NCBI GenBank assembly: GCA_963745035.1
Contig: CAVUVW010000005.1
Span: 96,001 to 160,000 of the forward strand
Direction of reading: 5' to 3'
DNA: 64,000 nt
Source: an uncultured delta proteobacterium
Lineage (GTDB): Bacteria; Desulfobacterota; Binatia; UBA9968
Within the stretch, counting starts at the first letter, position 1; the number at the start of each line of letters is the position of its first letter. Below the pieces are notes generated by a model, which was given only the letters and a program-made list of their open reading frames with translations, searched no databases and had not been told where the DNA came from. This document shows, piece after piece, positions 59,918 through 64,000 of this stretch. Made by a program: the position numbers and the translations under genes.

Positions 59918-60967
59918 ATGAGTTGTCAGAAAAATTTATCGAGCTCGATTCGACGAGCGGGCATGCGATGGACTCTCGCAGCCGTGCTTGTGCTCTTTGC
60001 AATGCTTGCTGCCGATATTTCGCGTGCAGCAGAGTCGATGGATCAGCTTTATGAAAAGGCCAAGAAAGAGGGAAAGGTCACGATCTATGCGCCGCTCTCG
60101 GTTACGACCGAGGGTGTCGTCCCGCCCGCTTTCATGAAGCGGTTTCCCGGCATCGTCGTCGATCATATCGACGGCACAACCGATAAACTGATTGCCCGTG
60201 TCCTGGCGGAGCAAAAGGGCGGACGAGTCATCGCCGATGTGATCAGCGGAGCGTTGAGCTATATCCCGCAGATCCTCGAAATGAAGCTAGTGACGCCGGT
60301 CGTGATTCCGGAGGCGGCGGTGTTTCCGGCCCAGTTGAAGGGCGACTCCTGGGTCGCCACCGATGTGCAGTTCTATATTGCCGGCTGGAATACGAATCTC
60401 GTCAAGAAAGGAGAAGAGCCGAAGCAATACGAGGAGCTGGCAAACGCCAAGTGGAAGAACAACATCATCGGCGAGCCTCGCGATTTCCAACTGCTGATCG
60501 GATTTGCAAGGCGAAAACTCAACAGCGATGAAAAGGCCATCGATCTGTTCAAAAAAATCGCCGCCAACGGCGTGGAGTTTCACAGGGGACACTCACAGCT
60601 CGTCGAGCTTCTCGTGGCCGGCCAGCGCGCCGTTTGCTTTACTTGCTATGCGCATCATTTTCCTCAAAGGGTGAAAAAGGGCGCGCCGATCCAGGCACTG
60701 CTCACCGAAGGCGTGGGAGAAGTCGGCGGCTCCGTGATGGTTATGAAGGGTGCACCGCACCCCAACGCGGCTTTACTCTGGGCACGTTGGGCTGTCAGCG
60801 AAGAAGGACAGAAGGCCTATGCTCAGGCCGGAGAAACTCCCGCTCATCCCAAAGTGGAACCATTGGAAAAAATCCGACCAGCCGCGCCGCTCATGCTATC
60901 GCTTGACGACATCAAAGAGTTTCCCAGGTACGAAAAAACCTGGAAGGAGATTTTCCAGATCCGCTGA
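59918..60967 (+). CDS. Extracellular solute-binding protein (Fe3+/thiamine/polyamine-like family)
   Basis: AKKEGKVTIY, WNTNLV, APHPNAALLW...SEEGQ; signal peptide. Confidence 0.88.
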   Translation: MSCQKNLSSSIRRAGMRWTLAAVLVLFAMLAADISRAAESMDQLYEKAKKEGKVTIYAPLSVTTEGVVPPAFMKRFPGIVVDHIDGTTDKLIARVLAEQKGGRVIADVISGALSYIPQILEMKLVTPVVIPEAAVFPAQLKGDSWVATDVQFYIAGWNTNLVKKGEEPKQYEELANAKWKNNIIGEPRDFQLLIGFARRKLNSDEKAIDLFKKIAANGVEFHRGHSQLVELLVAGQRAVCFTCYAHHFPQRVKKGAPIQALLTEGVGEVGGSVMVMKGAPHPNAALLWARWAVSEEGQKAYAQAGETPAHPKVEPLEKIRPAAPLMLSLDDIKEFPRYEKTWKEIFQIR

Positions 60968-60987
60968 ACACAACTCGATAGCATTCC

Positions 60988-61033
60988 AAAAAAATGCGGC
61001 GCGCCGGAGTGATCACTCCGGCGCGCCGCAAAA
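60988..61033. terminator. Perfect 36-bp palindrome between convergent genes; U-tract on the minus strand
   Basis: aaaaaaa-tgcggcgcgccggagtga|tcactccggcgcgccgca-aaa. Confidence 0.8.
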
Positions 61034-61054
61034 CCAATGCTGCAAGCTGATTGC

Positions 61055-62015
61055 CTATGCCTGCTGGACCGCTGCCAGTTTCCACGCATTCGGCCCGACC
61101 GGACGGTTGAATGTCCAGTATTCTCCGAACTCGATTGGCTCGGAGTTGCTGCCGGTGACGACGGCGCCCGTCTTGGCATCGACCGTGTAATCAAGGAGAT
61201 TAGCGTGCAGACGAACGGTGATGAAGTCTTCACCGTTCTCTGTCCACACTTCGGTGATCTCACTTTCGCGCAGGGCGATATTCTCCATCCGATTTTGCTG
61301 GTTACGCGCGCGTAACTGGCTCAACTCTTCTTCCCAGGTTTGCATCAGTTCGCGGCCGCAAAGCGTGCTCAAGGCCGACGGTATCCTGCTTGTTCCAGGC
61401 GCCCTGAACCTTGAAGAAAATATCTTGCGCGGTTTTCAAAAAGCGATCGGGATCGAAGCTTCGGTCCATCATCGTCAAGGATTGATAGTCGATCAGGTTG
61501 TTTGCCACTGGCGCTTCTTGGACCGGTGCGCTCGACGGAGTGTACTGCGTATACGGCTGGCTATTCTGATATTGCATGGAGCCGAAGCCGGACGCTGCCG
61601 CCGGGCTGCGAAACTTGCGGTATAGGAAATACCCCAAACCGCCTAGTAGAAGAATCTCCATCATGCCGAATCCGCTGCCGCCGAATCCGCCGAGTCCCCC
61701 GGCGTGAGCCAATCCGGAAAAGAGCATCGAGCCGAGAAAACCGCCTAAGATCGCTGTCCCAAGGCCGCGCATAAAGCCGCCGCTTTGAGGCATCATGCCT
61801 GGTTGTTGCCCGGGAGTAGCCTCGCGTCTTTGCTGCGTTTGACTTGGCTGTGACGGTTTACTGGGTGAGCTGTAGCTGCGCGAGCCGCGAAAACCGCCGG
61901 AGCGGCCGCCGCCGGCCCGTGCATCAGCGTAACTTTCAAGGATAACCTGCGTTAGCCCGACGAAGGCGAAAAGGCTAAGCGCCAACAAAATACTCCTACG
62001 GTTCGAAATCCTCAT
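61055..62015 (-). CDS. Tim44-domain protein, frameshift near 61375
   Basis: ARAGGGRSGGFRGSRS, GGFLGSMLF, FDPDRFL...FFKVQGAW; C-terminal DYTVD..TG.VV.GS...EYWTF.R..WKLAAVQQ. Confidence 0.88.
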
Positions 62016-62270
62016 AAAGATGCCTCCTTGTGTGGGTGAAGTGTATGCACCGGAAAGTTAATGTCAAGGGTGCTTCGGTGCCGGGCAGAAACGGCGGTCT
62101 ACCCTAGGAAGTAGCTTAGCATTAAACCAGACTACTGCGAAATGGAGAGCGTGCGGATCGTGCCCTCATTGAAATAACGAAATGATTTGACGGCATCACC
62201 GGGTTTTTGCGATATGAGTCAGCTGCTGATGCCTCGTTCCGAGCCTTGTTATCGCTGATGGAGGTGAAAT

Positions 62271-63281
62271 ATGGCCGGCAGAATCTGGTTCGCTCCTTTG
62301 CTCGCGCTGTCGATTATAACCCATGGCCCGCCTGCGTTTGCCCAAACTAGAATCACCATCGGCGTGGCGGCCATGAGCCCGCGGACAATTCCTCTGCTGC
62401 TTGCGCAAGAGCAGGGACTGTTCGCCAAGCAAGGTATGGAGGCGCGCATCGTTCTCATCAAGGGTGCGCCGATTCTGGTCGCCAGTCTGATCTCCGGCGA
62501 TCTCGAAGTGGGCTACACGGGCGGCACATCGGTGCTCGGCGCGGCGGCGCAAGGGCCGTATTTGAAAATTCTCTCCTCGATCTCCAGCAAGCTCACTCAT
62601 ACGATGCTCGCCAGCCCGAACCTCAAGACCGCTGAGCAGTTGCGCGGCAAACGGTTCGGAATTCAAAGCATGGGCGGCACTACCTGGATGCACACCATCC
62701 TCGGCCTCGAACATGTCGGGCTCGACGTTAAACGCGACAACATCAACATCCTGATGATCGGCGACTCGGTACTGATCGGCCAAGCGCTCGAGGCCGGCCG
62801 AGTCGACGCCGCGGTCCTCGATGGCGTCCTGGCGCGGAGGCTCATCAATAAAGGTTTCTCGGTCATCGTCGATCTCACACCCGCCAATATTCCCATGGTC
62901 AATCAGGCCGTCGTCGTCGCACCGGATTTTGTGCAAAAACGCTCGGAGCTCGCCGAACGAATTCTGATGGCTCTGGTGGATAGCCTCGCGTTCACGTTGG
63001 CGCCGATGAACAAGAGCGTCGTAGTCAAAACTATCATGCGCCGGCTCCAGATCGACGATCCAAAGGTCGCCGAGGAAGGCTATCAGGATCTCATGACGAG
63101 CATCGAGCGAAAACCGTTTCCTTCGCTCGAAGGGTTGCGCAATATTCGCCGACTCATGGCGACGCAGAATCCCAAAGCTGCGAATGTGAAAGTCGAAGAG
63201 CTGATTGACGCGAGACTGATCCGGAAGCTCGATGAGAACGGCTACATGGACAAGGTCGCGGCGACTTACGGGTTAAAGTAG
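62271..63281 (+). CDS. NitT/TauT-type substrate-binding protein
   Basis: GLFAKQGMEA, LRGKRFGIQ, LEAGRVDAA, LDENGY; GGAGGTG RBS. Confidence 0.88.
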   Translation: MAGRIWFAPLLALSIITHGPPAFAQTRITIGVAAMSPRTIPLLLAQEQGLFAKQGMEARIVLIKGAPILVASLISGDLEVGYTGGTSVLGAAAQGPYLKILSSISSKLTHTMLASPNLKTAEQLRGKRFGIQSMGGTTWMHTILGLEHVGLDVKRDNINILMIGDSVLIGQALEAGRVDAAVLDGVLARRLINKGFSVIVDLTPANIPMVNQAVVVAPDFVQKRSELAERILMALVDSLAFTLAPMNKSVVVKTIMRRLQIDDPKVAEEGYQDLMTSIERKPFPSLEGLRNIRRLMATQNPKAANVKVEELIDARLIRKLDENGYMDKVAATYGLK

Positions 63282-63366
63282 GCGAAAGCCACTCAGCTCG
63301 GTTCCGGCATGAATTGAATTTTGTCAAAGAATCGTGGCCACCAGCAAGCAAATCTCGTCATTCACT

Positions 63367-64000
63367 TCACGGCGCGGCTCGCGCGGCACTTGTCGAACGC
63401 TCGAGCGACGATTTGTTTTTCTCCCATGTAATCAAGCCGAGCCCCAAGAGCAGCCCGGCGGCATCGAAGATAAGCCATGCGCCCTGCCAGGTGGGCAGCA
63501 TGAGCATCAAACCGGCGACAATGAACAGGCCGCGCTTGAACCAGTCGAGTCCGCGAAAGAGAAAACCGGCACAGCCTACCGCGAGTAAAAAGGTTCCGAT
63601 TGCGGACGCAATGATAGCGAGAAGAATTTCGCCGAGTGATCCTTTGAGGATCAGCGCGGGATGCAGTGCGAAGACGAACGGCACCACATACGCGGCGATG
63701 CCCAGGCGCATGCCGGTCCAGCCGGTCTTCCAAAAATCCGAGTGAGCAATGGCCGCCGCCGTGTAAGTCGCCAGACAATCGGGCGGCGTGATCAGCGAGA
63801 GCATGCCGAAGTAGAAAAGAAAAAGATGGGCGGCGAGGGGATCGATGCCGAGCTGCGCGAGCGCCGGGCCGACAAGAACCGCGAGCGTGATGTAAACTAC
63901 CGCCGTCGGCAGCGACATGCCGAGCAGGATGCAGACGATCGCGGTCAGAGCGAGAAGAGCTAGAACGTTGCCGCCCGACAGGCTCACAAGGATCAAAGAC
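63367..64000 (-). CDS. TRAP transporter fused (4TM/12TM) permease, C-terminal part; runs off the window
   Basis: ILLGMSLPT..VYI, PLAAHLFLFYFG..S.ITPP, YVVPFVF. Confidence 0.88.
   Translation of the reverse strand, partial: SLILVSLSGGNVLALLALTAIVCILLGMSLPTAVVYITLAVLVGPALAQLGIDPLAAHLFLFYFGMLSLITPPDCLATYTAAAIAHSDFWKTGWTGMRLGIAAYVVPFVFALHPALILKGSLGEILLAIIASAIGTFLLAVGCAGFLFRGLDWFKRGLFIVAGLMLMLPTWQGAWLIFDAAGLLLGLGLITWEKNKSSLERSTSAARAAP

Overview
64 kb of mostly GC-rich bacterial chromosome. The gene content suggests Candidatus Binatia / deltaproteobacteria-like soil bacteria (an inference): six amidohydrolase_2 paralogues, five VOC/glyoxalase genes, about a dozen periplasmic-binding-fold proteins with no ABC permease or ATPase, a Rieske oxygenase beside an OphC-like gene, two MFS transporters, an SDR and two alpha/beta hydrolases. 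Housekeeping and stress genes include Hsp20, gor, a PerR-like regulator with a GlpC-like Fe-S protein, an ECF sigma/anti-sigma pair, rlmD, yjbQ, Tim44-like and YqgE. About 12 genes are split by 1-bp indels, most likely long-read assembly errors. Intergenic regions carry several REP/MITE-like repeat families. No rRNA, tRNA, CRISPR array or transposase was recognised. The most unusual region is a lower-GC island at about 9.0-14.1 kb. It holds a TMPK-like P-loop kinase, a PAPS-type sulfotransferase, an arylsulfotransferase-like beta-propeller, a truncated AraC-type HTH, and a catalytically degenerate histidine phosphatase that shares a 39-aa segment (19/39 identical, ungapped) with the N-terminus of the kinase. 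All assignments are by eye from motifs; no searches were run.
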